Of a DNA stretch of 64,000 nucleotides, positions 23,536 to 35,600 are shown piece by piece. Origin of the DNA: Cyanophora paradoxa CCMP329 (Eukaryota > Plantae > Glaucophyta); the NCBI GenBank assembly GCA_004431415.1, contig QPMI01000519.1, positions 269,064 to 333,063 of the forward strand. Reading direction: 5' to 3'. Under the pieces are notes generated by a model. It was not told the DNA's origin and did not search any database. It saw only the letters and a list, made by a program, of their open reading frames with translations. The position numbers and the translations under genes are program-made. Each line of letters starts with the position of its first letter. The first letter of the stretch is position 1.

Positions 23536-26385
23536 CTAGAAGGGCCCGAAGCCGTCCCCCTCTGAGCCGTCGTCGTCGTCGTCGTCGGAGGCCGAGGCGG
23601 CCCGCACGGGCGGCCCCACGCCCCCCTCCGCGAACTCCACCAGCAGCCCGGGCCGCCCCTCCTGCAGCGTGAAACTGCACCCGTCCAGTGAGAAGGGCTG
23701 GAGATGGGAGAAGAGGAGAAAGGAGAGTACCGGAGGGACTCCTGCTCCGCTTCATCCAGAGCCGCCGCAGCCGCGCCGGCCACCCGCAGCCGCTGCCCGC
23801 CGCTTTCATTTCAGCGGCGCGAGAGCAATTGCAAAAGGGACCCGGCGGGACTAGAGCGCGAGCGCGCGCCTTCAGGGAGGGCATGGCGAGGATCGCGAAG
23901 GCGGCCTCTGGGAGGGGTACGGGGCTCGCGACGGCGAGCCGCTCGAGCCGGGGTACGTCCTGCAGGGACGGGCCCGGGGTATCAATGTGGGATCGGAGAC
24001 ACGGAGGGAGGAATGAAGGGGTACACAGGGGCGCGGCACCATCGCGAGGCGCTCGAGGATCGAGCAGGGGATTGGGGGGTGCTCGGGCGCACAGGCAAGC
24101 GTGACCCTGGGCGAGCCGGCGTGGGGGGTACAGGAGGAGCAGAACGGGGCGCGGATGCGGGGCGCTCACGTGCGGAGGGCGCCCCAGGCGGCGAGGGAGG
24201 TACCCGCCAGCGCCTCCAGGGCCCCCGGCGTCAGGTCCAGGTGCACAGCCTGGGAGCAGGGCGATCGGCGATGAGCAGAGAAGACAGGGACGAGAGCAGG
24301 CGTGCAAGGGACAAGAGAGCGGCGGGGCGGACCTGGAGGCTGCGGAGGGAGGGGAGGGTGGCGCAGAGGGCGCGCAGGGCCGCCTCCGAGGGCGCCGGCT
24401 GGCTCACCACCACCGCCTTCAGCGTCCCCGCCCCCTGCGACAGTGCGAGCGCAGCGCTCTGCGGCGCTCCTCCGGGGGTGGGGGTGCAGCAGCGCGGCGC
24501 ACGGCGGCGAGCGGGCCGACGTCCGTGTCCTCGCAGAGGTTCACGCTGGCCTGCGGGGGAGGGGGGTACAGCCGAGTCAGGGGGTACGGCGCTCCGGTGT
24601 CGGGCGCGGGGCGCGGGCCTGCTCGAGGCGGGGCATGGAGCGGAGGAACGAGACGCCCTCGAGGTCGCACGCGAACGCGAAGCCTGCGGGGGGTGGGGGG
24701 GTGGGTGGGGGGTGGGGGGGGGGGAGGGAGGGAAAGAGGTCAGCTAGGGGGTAGGGGAGCCGGAGGGGGGTACGGCACTCTTCAGGTTGACGAGCTGCGC
24801 GAAGGGCTCCAGGTGGAAGCTGCCCGCCGTCGGCGCGACTGGAGGGGCGTTAGGGGGGTATGGGGCCTCGGGGGGAGGGGTACGCGCCCTGGAGTTATCG
24901 ATGTGTGGGGAGGGGGGCAAGGACGGCGGGGTACGGGGTAAGGAGGCCTGTCGGGCGCGGGGAAAGGGGAACAAAACGGAGACTCGCCTGCTCGCCCGTC
25001 TCCGGCTGCCGGACCGGGTGAGTGAAGCGCAGTCCCCAGAGAAGTGGGGGGAGGACGGGGGTTACGGCACCTCGAAGAACTCGACGTCGAGCCTCTCGAG
25101 CGCCGTGAACTTCGAGAGGGACGCGATCGTTGCGATCTCCTCCTCCTGGGGGTACGGGGTTGACGGAAGCGGTACGGGGCTCGGGTGGGGTGCGCACGTC
25201 GCCGTCGTGGTAGACTGAGAACTGGAGGACGCGGAGGGTACAGGGGAGGCTAGTGGAGCGCTCCAGGGTCTGCTGCGTTGTCAGAGCCGGGGCGGAACGG
25301 GGGCGGTGGGGGTATGTGCGCGCCTGGAGCTGGGCGACGGTGAGTGGAAAGTGGACGAGTTCGAGGGTCTGGAGGGCGGGGGACAGGGACAGCAGGCCCA
25401 GGGAGGCCTGCGGGGGCATCGGAATGCCGGCCGGGGTACGCGGCAGGGAGAGGGGATGAGGCGGCGGGCCTGGAGGAGGGGGGAGCAGAAGGCCTCGGGG
25501 TAGTCCGTCAGCCTGGCAGGGGCAAGGGTTGGATTGGGCAGGGGATGGGGCTGGGGGAGGGTACGGACCGATCATAAGTCGTGCCGAGGTGGAGGTAGCG
25601 GAGCAGGGGGAAGTGGCGCAGGACGGGTACGGCGTCCAGGGGCATGCGGGAGGGCGGGGAATCCAAGGAGAGGTACAGGTGCTCGAGGGAGGGGCGGAAT
25701 GCGGCGTGCAGGCGCCGGAGGGCGTCGTAGCTCATCCCGCGCCGCCCGCAGCGGATGCGTACCCCCTGCACGGCCTGGCGCGTCCGGGGCGGGAGGGATG
25801 CGAGCCGCGAGACGGCTGCGTCGCTCGGGCGCGGCAGGGCGAGCCTGCGCGGCGGTCATCGCTTGAGTTCCAGCGCGCACAGCGTCCGGCGCACCGCTCC
25901 CAGAGCGGCGGCTCCATCGCGAGCGCGCGGAAGCGCTGCGAGACGTGCGAGAGGCGGAGCAGCGCCTCGGGGCGCACGAGCACGTCCTCCTCGCGCGCGC
26001 CCGCCTCCTCCGCCTCATCCTCAGCGTCGCTATCGCTGTCGCTGCTCTCGCCGCTCGCGCTGCTGCGGCTGCTGCTCGTGTCGCTCCCGGGCCGCTTCCG
26101 CCTCGCGCCGGGGACCGGCCGCGCTGCGTAGAAGAGGATGCGGCACACGAGCGGGTCCGGCAGCACATCAAACGGGCTCTCTCCGCCAGCGATCGCCTCC
26201 GCTACGCTACCCGGCGCAAGCTGCGGCGCGCTCGGGCCCTCCGCGTCGCCGGTCAGGAAGCGCCACACGCCCGTCTCTCGTTTGGGAAGTCCAATCGATA
26301 CTCCGCCTCGCACTCGAATAGTCTGCGGCTCCGCTTGGCCCCGAGCACGCGCGCGCCGCGCCCGGGCGCCGGGCGGGCCCGTCAT
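23536..26385 (-). CDS. F-box protein with leucine-rich repeats
   Basis: F-box PFDVLPDPLVCRILFY...LLRLSHVSQRFRALAMEPPLW (split by an acidic insert); LRR-like exons PSLEHLYLS, FPLLRYLHLG, PALQTLEL, FTALERLDV, LVNLKS, MPRLEQ, LPSLRSLQ, VPRLERLAV; stop at 23536-23538. Confidence 0.8.
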
Positions 26386-26477
26386 GCCACGTATATACGG
26401 CACTGTGCTACGTACACCGGTACGCAACGACGCTGCAGCCGCGATGTGCCAGAGAGTGTACGTGTACCCCCACTCAA

Positions 26478-26532
26478 AGAAGCTCTGAAGCTGCTCTGAA
26501 TTCGAAGCTCAGAAGCTGAGAAGCTCAGAACT
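26478..26532 (+). repeat. Short tandem (AGAAGCTS-like) repeat in the divergent F-box/PCMT1 promoter
   Basis: agaagctctgaagctgctctgaattcgaagctcagaagctgagaagctcagaact directly upstream of the ATG at 26543. Confidence 0.55.
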
Positions 26533-26542
26533 CGAACGCGCA

Positions 26543-27952
26543 ATGGCGTATAGGTGCTTTGCGGCGACGTTTTACCTCATACTCTTGACTGCTGACGCAC
26601 AACCCTACAGGACGAACGCAAAGTCGATGTAAGCACTACGCCCCTTCGCGTCCCGCCGCTCACTCAGCGACCATTTTTTGTCAGGGCGGGGCTTGTTGAC
26701 GGCCTCGTGCGGGAGGGCATCGTGAAAAGTAGGAAAGTCGAAGGCGTGCGCTTCCCGTCGCGGCGCCGATCCGGAACCCTCCGGCGCCCCTAATTAGCTT
26801 TTCACCCTCGAGCTCGCGCCTCGTGACGCTTGCGAATCGCGGCGCGCTGCGCAGACGTGCTGAGAAGGGTCGACCGCGGCGCATATGTCAAGCATCGCCA
26901 CGAAGCTTATGAGGACCGGCCATCGGGGATCGGGCACGACGTCACGATCAGCGCTCCGCGTGCGCCGTTTAGTTTTTTGGAAGCCTGGCGCTCCGATCGC
27001 CGGCGCCGGCGCCAGCCTCGCGCTCATGATGCGCGCCGGCGCCCAGACATGCACGCGTACGCTCTGGAAGCGCTGGAGGGACACCTTCGCCCCAACTCCC
27101 GCGCGCTCGACGTCGGCAGGTGCGCCTTCCTGCGGCGCCGTCCTCCGTTCTGCGCGCGCGCCCGTCGAGGTCCGAGACCTGCCGCTGCAGCGGATCCGGA
27201 TTCTTGACGGTCTGCATGGCGCTCATGGGGGCCGCCCGCGTAATCGGCATCGAGTGCGCCCCGCGATTCGCTGGTTTGACCCGATTTAATCCGCGATCTG
27301 ATCCCTTTCTCCAGGTGCATCCCCGAGCTGGTGAACTCTAGCACGGCCGCGGTGCGCAGGGACCACCCCGAGCTCCTCGACAAGGGCCGCATCCGCTTCG
27401 TCCACGGCAACGGGTACAACGGCTTCCCCGAGGAGGGGCCGTACGACGCCATCCACGTCGGTGCGCCCTCGTACCCCCCGGGCCTTCCTTCCCCCTTCCC
27501 TGAACGCCCGCGAAGGCGCGGCGGCGCACGACGGGCTCCCGGCGGCCCTCGTCGAGCAGCTCGCCCCAGGAGGCCGTATGATCATCCCAGTGGGCAGCTC
27601 CATCACGGGGCAGAGCCTCGTGCAGGTCCGCTGCCGTAGGGCGCAAGCAACATAGCTTCCGGGGTGCAGTCCCAGAGTGTGACCGGCCGCGCGGCGCCGG
27701 CGCCAGGTCGACAAGAGCCACGACGGCCGCATCACAGAGACCGATCTCATGGGCGTCATGTACGTTCCCCTCTACCCCCACCCCGAGCAGGTGGCGCCCG
27801 TACCCCCCTCCCCTCCCTCCCCTCCTGTCTTCTTAAATTCGACATCTTCTCTGCTTCGAATTCTGCGCGACAGCGCGCACTGACGTCGACGTCGCAAGGT
27901 GCCGTCGGAGAAGACGCGCAAGCCTACCGGTGGGAAGCTCTCCGAGTACTGA
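26543..27952 (+). CDS. PCMT1: Protein-L-isoaspartate O-methyltransferase
   Basis: Motifs VDRGAY, AYEDRPSGIGHDVTISAP|HMHAYALEAL, RALDVG|SGSGFLT, EGPYDAIHVGA, LVEQLAPGGRMIIPVG, MGVMYVPL; TGA at 27950-27952. Confidence 0.93.
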
Positions 27953-29616
27953 GGCCCGGCCTTGAGCTTGCAATTGTACAGACGCCCCCCCTGCCCATGG
28001 CCACTGCCAGCACATGTACAGTCGATTGATATATCGCCGCTCCAATTTTGCACTCGATTCCGATCGAAAGTTCTCCAATTTCGCATTCGATTTCGAATTA
28101 GCAATATCTCGCTCGCGAACGTGTATTCGTATTTTCGATCGTATACGTAATATTAATATATATACTATCTCGCCCTATAGTTTCTTCTAAATGTTTCAAT
28201 GTAGGAAGGCCCGCGCGCGCCGGCGCCGCGCCTAGGCCTGGCGCCGGCCGGCCGCCGGCCGAGCTCGAGCTCGCGATCGGAGAGTCGAGCTCGAGGGCCG
28301 GGCGCGCGCGCGCGCGCGGCGCGGGGGCGCCGCGCCGGCCGCGCGCGCGGCCGGCGCCGCGGCCGGTGCTGCAAGCCTGCAACTGGGCTGCCGGGTCGCA
28401 ATTGCAATTGCAAGTTCCTCGCAACCCGCGGGCCGCGGCCGCGCACAGCACCGGTCAAATTGGCGGCGCCAGCCGACGCCTGCACGTACCCCCAAATAAA
28501 CACATGGGTACCGTAGTACACTTGGGAACCAGCTGCTTGGCCCGCATGCTGAGCCAACGCCCGGCCGGCGCCGGCGCCGCGCGCCGGCCCCGCGCGCGGT
28601 TGCGCCGGGCCCCGAATTGCGAATTCGAAATTTAATTTTAACGGCTTGTTAATTTACAGAATTAAAAATGTTCATGGAAAGTGCTGCAATTTTAATTATA
28701 TATTCCGAGCATACGTAATACGTAATGTTCAGCGACTGGGGTACATATTTGATTTCGTTCACGAGCACTTGCGCGCGCCGACGCCGGCGGCGCCGAGTCG
28801 GTTATATATCATAGTACATGCATATGTATATATTATTATTAACTATTACATATATGTGTTTTTCACTTCGGCTTATATAGACTCGTAGCTACTAGGCTAT
28901 AGGTTAACGTTGCAAATTGGCAATTGCAATCGCAAATTAATTGCAGTACCATCCCGGAGGCCACGCGTGCACGGCCCCGGGAGCCTCGATCGGGAGTCGG
29001 GAAGCCGCCGGAGGCGCGCGCTCCTACCTGCATGGTGCGCATGCTAGGCTGGTAGCGCAGTGCGCATACGCGTACGAGTGTTGACGTCGCTGCTCAGCGG
29101 CTGGGCGTTCCGAAGTTCGACGCGTAGACTCATCGATATCGCCAACCCGGCATCAATTCGCCGACGCAGCAGCAGCGCAGGCTTTCAGCTCGTCGTGCGA
29201 TTGCGCCCGGCGCGGCCTTGCAATTGGCGAGCAGCAGCTGTCTTGAGTTTCGGGGGACGCCCTGGAGGTCCGGATCTGGGATGGCGCGGCTTGCCCATCG
29301 TCCTTAGGGTGCGATCATTCCCAGTCAAGCATCAGCCGCAGTGCACCCGGCCCCTCGCCCGCAGTGCCCCGCGCCAGCCGCATGCGCAGGGCCCCGGGCC
29401 CCGCGGCCGCCACTTGGACGCATGCGCAAACATTGATCGGCATACGGCCGCGGGAGGCGATGCATTAGCTTCTAGCCCTGTCTAGATCTTTGAAGGGGAG
29501 AAACAGCTCTAGACTCTGAGAGATTGACAGCGGCGAGCTGACTGCCGCACCCCGAATGCGCAGGTGCTCTTGACTGCAACTGCGGAGGCCTAGGTGAGCT
29601 GGACCGGGCCGCGGTG

Positions 29617-32600
29617 ATGGCAGCGGAGCAGCGAGCCAGCTCTTTTCGTCGCGCCTCGAGCTCGCCGGTGGCGAGCCTTACGCGTCGGCTTTCGCTCGGC
29701 CGCTCCGCGCCGCCCGAAGATGGGCCAGAGCGACGTGTTTCCTACATTTACACGCCGACACCCGAGCCCGCGGCGCCAGCCCCGGCGCCGGCTCGGCTGC
29801 AGGCTCTGAGTGGCCCGCCGGCGGCCGCACTCGAGTCGGATTCGATCAGGCGACGCGCCAGCATTGCGAGCGCGAGCCTGAGCAACCGCCCCGGCGCCCT
29901 CAGCACGGGCTTCGCGTCCGCCTTCGGCCCTGCCGCAGCGATGGCCAACGGTCCGACTGGCGGGAAGGCGTGGCCGCCGCAGCACGTGACAGCGTTTGAC
30001 CTTGGGGACCCCGACGGAGGCACAGCCGAGGCCCCCGCGTACGGCGCCGAGGGCCATGACGACGCCGAGAGCGTTTCCGTGCCGGAGCCGCTCGCCAAGT
30101 TCGCGTCGCGTGCCGGTGCCGGCTGGTCCTGGCCAAGGTGACCCCTTGCGAGATTCAGGCCTCCCGGGGTCCGGTCCTATGCCTGGGCTGACGTCGACCC
30201 CCGCCCCGCCCCCTCAGGCCTCCCAGCGGCAGGGAAAGGCGCCCCGGTCCGCCTCCCCGGGCGGACCCCGCAGACTATATATATATATTCGAGCTCCTCA
30301 CACTGCGCGCGCGCGCGACGCAGAGTCCTCGATAGCGCTGGATGCCGGGGTCGTCACCGACTCGCCACCCGACGTTGGCATACCGGGATCGCCCCCCGGA
30401 CCCGACGTTTTGACATTCCGCAACTTCACGCCGGCGCTGAACGCCCCCGCGCGGGCCTCGCGGGACGGCCGCGATCGCAACCGGGACCCAGCGTCGGGGC
30501 CGGCGCGGCGCGCCTCGACCTCGCGCTCGGGGTCGGGGTCGCGCCGGAGGAAGGGGCGGGCGGGGCGGCGCTCGCTGCGGGACGGCCTGCGCCAGTGGTG
30601 GGCCGACGTGCCCCTCAAGCGCAAGCAGCTCTCCGTCGTCCTCTTCCTCCAGGCCCGCCCCGCCGCCCCCGCCGCCCCCGCCCCCCGCGAGCTCCCCCGC
30701 CCCCGCCCCTGAGCCCCAGGCCCGCAGGCGCTCGCGTTCTGCGCGATGGTCGCCGTCTTCGCGGCGGTCTTCACGACGGCGCACACCTCGCAGCTCGTCG
30801 AGCAGGCGCGCAGCGAGATCCTCATGAACGACATGGTCTACGGTGCGGCCGCGCCACCGGCGTCGCGGCCCCGCTCGCAGCGCGCCGGCTTGCACCCCCT
30901 TGGCCTCCCCGCTCGGCCCCTCACCGCGGTCGCGCAGACATCAAAGTGAACCAGATGGGTTTCGGCTACGCCGGTGCGCCCCGCGCCGCCTCTCCGGCCC
31001 CCGCAAACACCCGTGTCGAATGCTGATCAAATACCGCTCTGCCTGTTGCCCCTCCGGACCGCAGGGCAAGCGGAAAACGCGGATATTGTTGAGGCGGCGC
31101 GGCGGGGCCCCGCAGACGAGAGCGCGGCGGCAGCAGAGGCGCGGGCGCGGGCGAAAGCAGCGCTGGTGAACGAGATCGTCCGGCGCGAGATCGAGTGCGT
31201 CGCCTCTCGCGTTTAAATATGCAGCGCGCGATATTTGCGAGAGGCGCTATGGTTTCATCAAATAACTAGGTTTGAATTTCGAGCTGGTCTGATCGTGGCA
31301 CGCCGCCCGTGGCGCCGCGCAGCGTGTCGAGTCTGGTGACGGCCGACGCGAAGGCGCCCGTCGTCATCGTGAGCAGCTTCCGGGACAGGCGCGGCGAGGC
31401 CCTCGGGCCGCGGCTCGCCGCCCTCGTCGCGCGCGCCATCCAGCACAACAAACAGGCGCGGCCCGGCCGACATTCGCAACTCTGCTGCGCTCTCGTCGCG
31501 AGCCTCGGGGGCGCGCGTGCGCAGGTGCGGGTGACGGCGCTGGTCTCGAAGGAGGAGCTGGCGGCCGAGGGGGCGCCCATCTCCGAGCGCTGCCCGCCCC
31601 ACGCCCTCGTCCGGCCCGTCCACCCTCTAAATTCCTCCCCGCCGAATAAATTCCGACGCCCGCCGCGCCGCGCAGGATCATCGTTACGCCGGCAAGCAGC
31701 AGCCCGCGCCCGAAGGCGCGCGCCGCTCGGACATTGACGACGGCACGCGCGCGCGCGCATGCGCAGGTCTACGCGAGCGGGGACAAGTTCAAGCCCGTCG
31801 GCGTCCTCGTCGCCGCCGACGTCGTGCGCCCCGCCGTCGACGGAACTCGCTCGAAGTGCGCGCCGCGCCGCGCCGGGTCCGAGCGGCTGCGCAGGTGAAC
31901 GGCAAGGGCGCCATTGTGCAGACCGCGATGGCCGCATTCAAGTCGGGCCACGTCGCCAGTGCGCCCGCAGCGCTTCCTGCGCTCGAGCTCCCGCGCTCTA
32001 GGTCTTTGGCGCGCGCCTCAATTTTGCGGCAGTCTATCAGCTGCGGACGCCCGGCTGCCCTCTCAACGACTACAGCTGCTACAGCCTCACCGTCGCCATG
32101 GGAGGTGCGGCCGCGCCGTCGGCGATGGTCCCAGCGGCGTGCACGTGCACGTACACCACGCGATCGCGAGCAGCGTCGCGTGGAGCGCGTGGGCGGTGCT
32201 GACGGCGCGGCCCTCGTCCCCGCAGAGGGCGACTCGGTCTTCCAGAGCAGCTCCCCGATCGAGGAGGCGGCGAAGGGCGTCCTCGTCGCCGCCGCCCGCG
32301 CCCCCGTCGCCAGCAGCAAGTCGGCCGCTTTCTACGTGCGCAGCCGCGCCGCTCTCACGCACCGGTTGTTGGCGTCGACGCCTCACGCTGCGAGGAACGG
32401 GCGGGGCGCAGGAGGGGAGCAGCGTGGGGGCGACGGTGACGGGGGAGATCACGGCGCGGGGCCAGGACTACACGGTGGCCGCCAGCTGCATCCTCGACGA
32501 GGGCGACAACGTCGTCGCCTTCCAGGCGCGCACACATCCCGCAGCTGCAGTCGACGGCGCCTCTGACCGCCGGCGGCGGCGGCGGGGCGCAGGTGCGGGG

Positions 32601-35600
32601 GATGTCGCAGGCGCGGGGCCACGAGTTCCTGCGCAACGGCATCGTCGTGTGCGCCGCGACGGGCGTCGCCCTCTTCGCCCTCTCCGCGGCCCTCGCGCTC
32701 TGGCTCGGGGGCACCATCCTGGAGCCCCTGCGCGCCCTCTACGAGGCCGTCGAGGACTTCTGGAACGGTGACTCCGAGCCCCCGCCCCCGCTCCTCGAAT
32801 TCGACCGCACGTATAGACGCGCTTCCTGCCGGCCTCGCTGCGGTCCGCTGATCGTCGGCGCCGGGGCCGTCGGGGCGGGGGCAGACGAGTCGTCGATCTC
32901 ATCGCGGCAGACGATGGGGCGGGCGTTCAGCCTGCGGGCGCAGGGGCGGGACGAGATCGGGCGCCTCACGGGCGCCTTCGGGCGCATGGCCTCCCGCATC
33001 AGCGAGGCCCGCCCCGCCCCGCCCGACCCGAGCCGCCGCCTCCGCCTCCCCGCGCTGGCTGACCGTCGCGCCATCGCTGCCCGCCCCGCGACACGCGCAG
33101 GCGTACTCGCGGATGCACGAGTCGCGGGTGAAGGCGGCCAACGAAGAGTACCGCACGCGCCTCATCATCGAGACCTCCAACGACGGTGCGCCGCGCGCCG
33201 CGCCCCCTTCACATTTCCTCCTTTGGCTCCAGCCTTTGCCGCGTCGCTCGGCCCCGCGAGCCCTGCCGACTCGCTTCCCTATCGCAGCCGTCTTCGTGAT
33301 CGGGACGGACTGCGTGGTGCGCTGCCCGCCCTCCCCCGCGCCCCGCTCGCCCCCCGCCCGCCCCCCTCGAGCCGAGCCAAACGCGCCCGTGCGCGGCGGC
33401 AGGTGATCTCCTGCAACCACAGCGCCGTCCAAATGTTCGGGTACACCTCCGACGAGGTGCACGCCCCCCGTCCGACTCGCTCGGCCAGCGCGCCCCGCTC
33501 TGAGCAGCGGGGCCCCCAGCTCGTCGGCCAGAACGTGAACAAGATCATGCCCCCGGAGATCGCCGCCCAGCACGACTCCTACGTCAAGAAGTGAGTCTCG
33601 GGCCTTTGATTTCATAGCTGTACTGTAACATCGACATTAGCTATCTATCGCGCTGACTGGCCGGATCTCGCGCGCGCGCGCGCAGGCGGGTGACGAGCGG
33701 GCGGACGCTGCAGTCGCGGTTCGCGATCGTGCAGGGGCAGCGGCGCACGGGCGAGGTCTTCCCCCTCGAGCTCTCCATCAGGTGGGCCCCGCAAGGGGGC
33801 ACGGGCGCGCCCCCGGCCCCCGCTCGAGCCGCCCTCACGCGCCCCGCAGCGAGATGAAGATCGGGGACGAGCACCTCTTCGTCGGCATGCTCCGCGGTCC
33901 GCGCGCCCTCCCCCGCCCCTGCCCCGCCCCGCCCCGCCCCGCCCCGCCGCTGTTTTAGCCCGCAGCTCGCTCGTCGCACTCCTCTGGCGTCCGATTCTTC
34001 CGCCCGAGCATCGCGAGCGACGTCTGACCTCGCGCCCCCCCGGCAGACATCACGGAGCGGAAGGAGATGGAGCGGCAGCTCGAGCGGGAGCGCCAGCGCG
34101 CCGAGAACCTCCTCAAGAACATGCTGCCCCCCTCGGTGAGCGAGCGCCGGCGCCGACCTCTTCACCGCGGGCGCTCGCCGCGCTGACGGGCCGCCCCGGG
34201 CAGATCGCGGAGCGGCTGAAGGACATGGCGGAGAGGGAGGCGGCCAAGGCGATGCGCTCCCGCCGCCAGTCCAAGGCCTACGGGCCGGGCTCCCCCATGT
34301 GCGCCTCCTCCTCGCCGCCTCTCGTCCCGGGTTGGGGTGGGGGGAGGCTGCCCGTGCTGACCGGCGCGCGCGTGGGGCGGCAGCGTCGGGAACGCGGCGC
34401 TCAACTCGGACGACGAGCTGGAGCCCCTCCCGGGCGCCCCGGGGCCCTCCTCCCGCCCGGGCCTCCACCGGGGCAGCCTGGACTCGAGCTCGAGCGGGCT
34501 GGGGCCGCGGGGCAGCCTGCGGAACATCGACCGGCAGCTGCTGGAGGGCGCCCTCACCATCGCCGACCGCTGCGACAATGTACCCGTCCTCTTCGCCGAC
34601 ATCGTGCGGGCCGCCTTCCCTTTCCAACCCTGCTCGAGGCCCGCCGGCCGCCCCCCGCTGAGGGGCCGGGCGCGCCTCCAGGTGAACTTCACGCCCCTCG
34701 CGAGCTCGATGGCCCCGGAGCGCCTCGTCCAGCTCCTCAACAGTGCGCGCGCCCCTGGCTACAGGCGCCTCCCCCGGCGCGGCCCGCTGAGGGGCCGGCC
34801 CCGCCCAGCTATCTTCATGGAGTTCGACGGCCTGGTGGAGCGGTTCGGCCTGGAGAAGATCAAGACGATAGGAGGTGCGGGGGCGAGGGCGGGAGGGGCC
34901 CCGCCGCCGCCGCCGCCGCGCCTCGCCCCGACGCGGCGCTCACCGCGGGGCGCCCCCGCGGCAGACGCGGTGATGATCGCCGGGGGCGTGCCCCCGGAGC
35001 TCCCGGGGGCCTTCCAGGCGCCCGAGAGCCGCAACAGCTCGGGGTCGGCGCGGCGCATGAACCGCGCGCGCCTCGCCTCCGGCGAGAGCGACCTCATCGA
35101 CGCGCGCGCCGAGCCGCCCATCGTCCGCATGGCGGTGCCCCCTCTCTGTCCTTCCCTCCCTTGCCTCTCGGCCGAGCGCGCGCGCCGCGCAGCGCCTGGC
35201 GATCGCGATGCAGGAGTCGATCGCGCGGTTCAAGGGCGCCGACGGGCAGTCCTTCCGCATCCGCATCGGCATGCACGTCGGCACCGTCATCGCCGGCGTC
35301 ATCGGCAAGCGCAAGATCATGTACGACCTCTGGTGCGCGGCGCCGTCCCCCCGTACCCCCATCCCCTTCCGCCCCCCGGCGCTGCCCGGGTCTCATCGGC
35401 CGTCTTCGTAGGGGGGACACCGTCAACATAGCGTCGAGGTCCGGACCGGCCCCACGGCGCGTCCCTCGGCGCGCGGGGCGGGCACTGATGGGCGGGCGGG
35501 CCGGGGGTGCAGGATGGAGTCCTCGGGCGAGCCGGGCCGGACGCAGGTCTCCGAGGAGTGCTTCGCCATCCTCAAGGGCAAGTTCGCGTTCGAGGTGCGC

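Noticed and set aside
26478-26532. Heat-shock element upstream of PCMT1
   Set aside because: GAA units recur as direct ~8-bp repeats, not alternating nGAAn pentamers.
33641-33650. Possible 9-nt micro-exon giving HDSYVKNYLSR in the PAS domain
   Set aside because: Needs a weak GC donor and a ~35-nt intron, and the frame is intact without it. Unresolved without RNA-seq.
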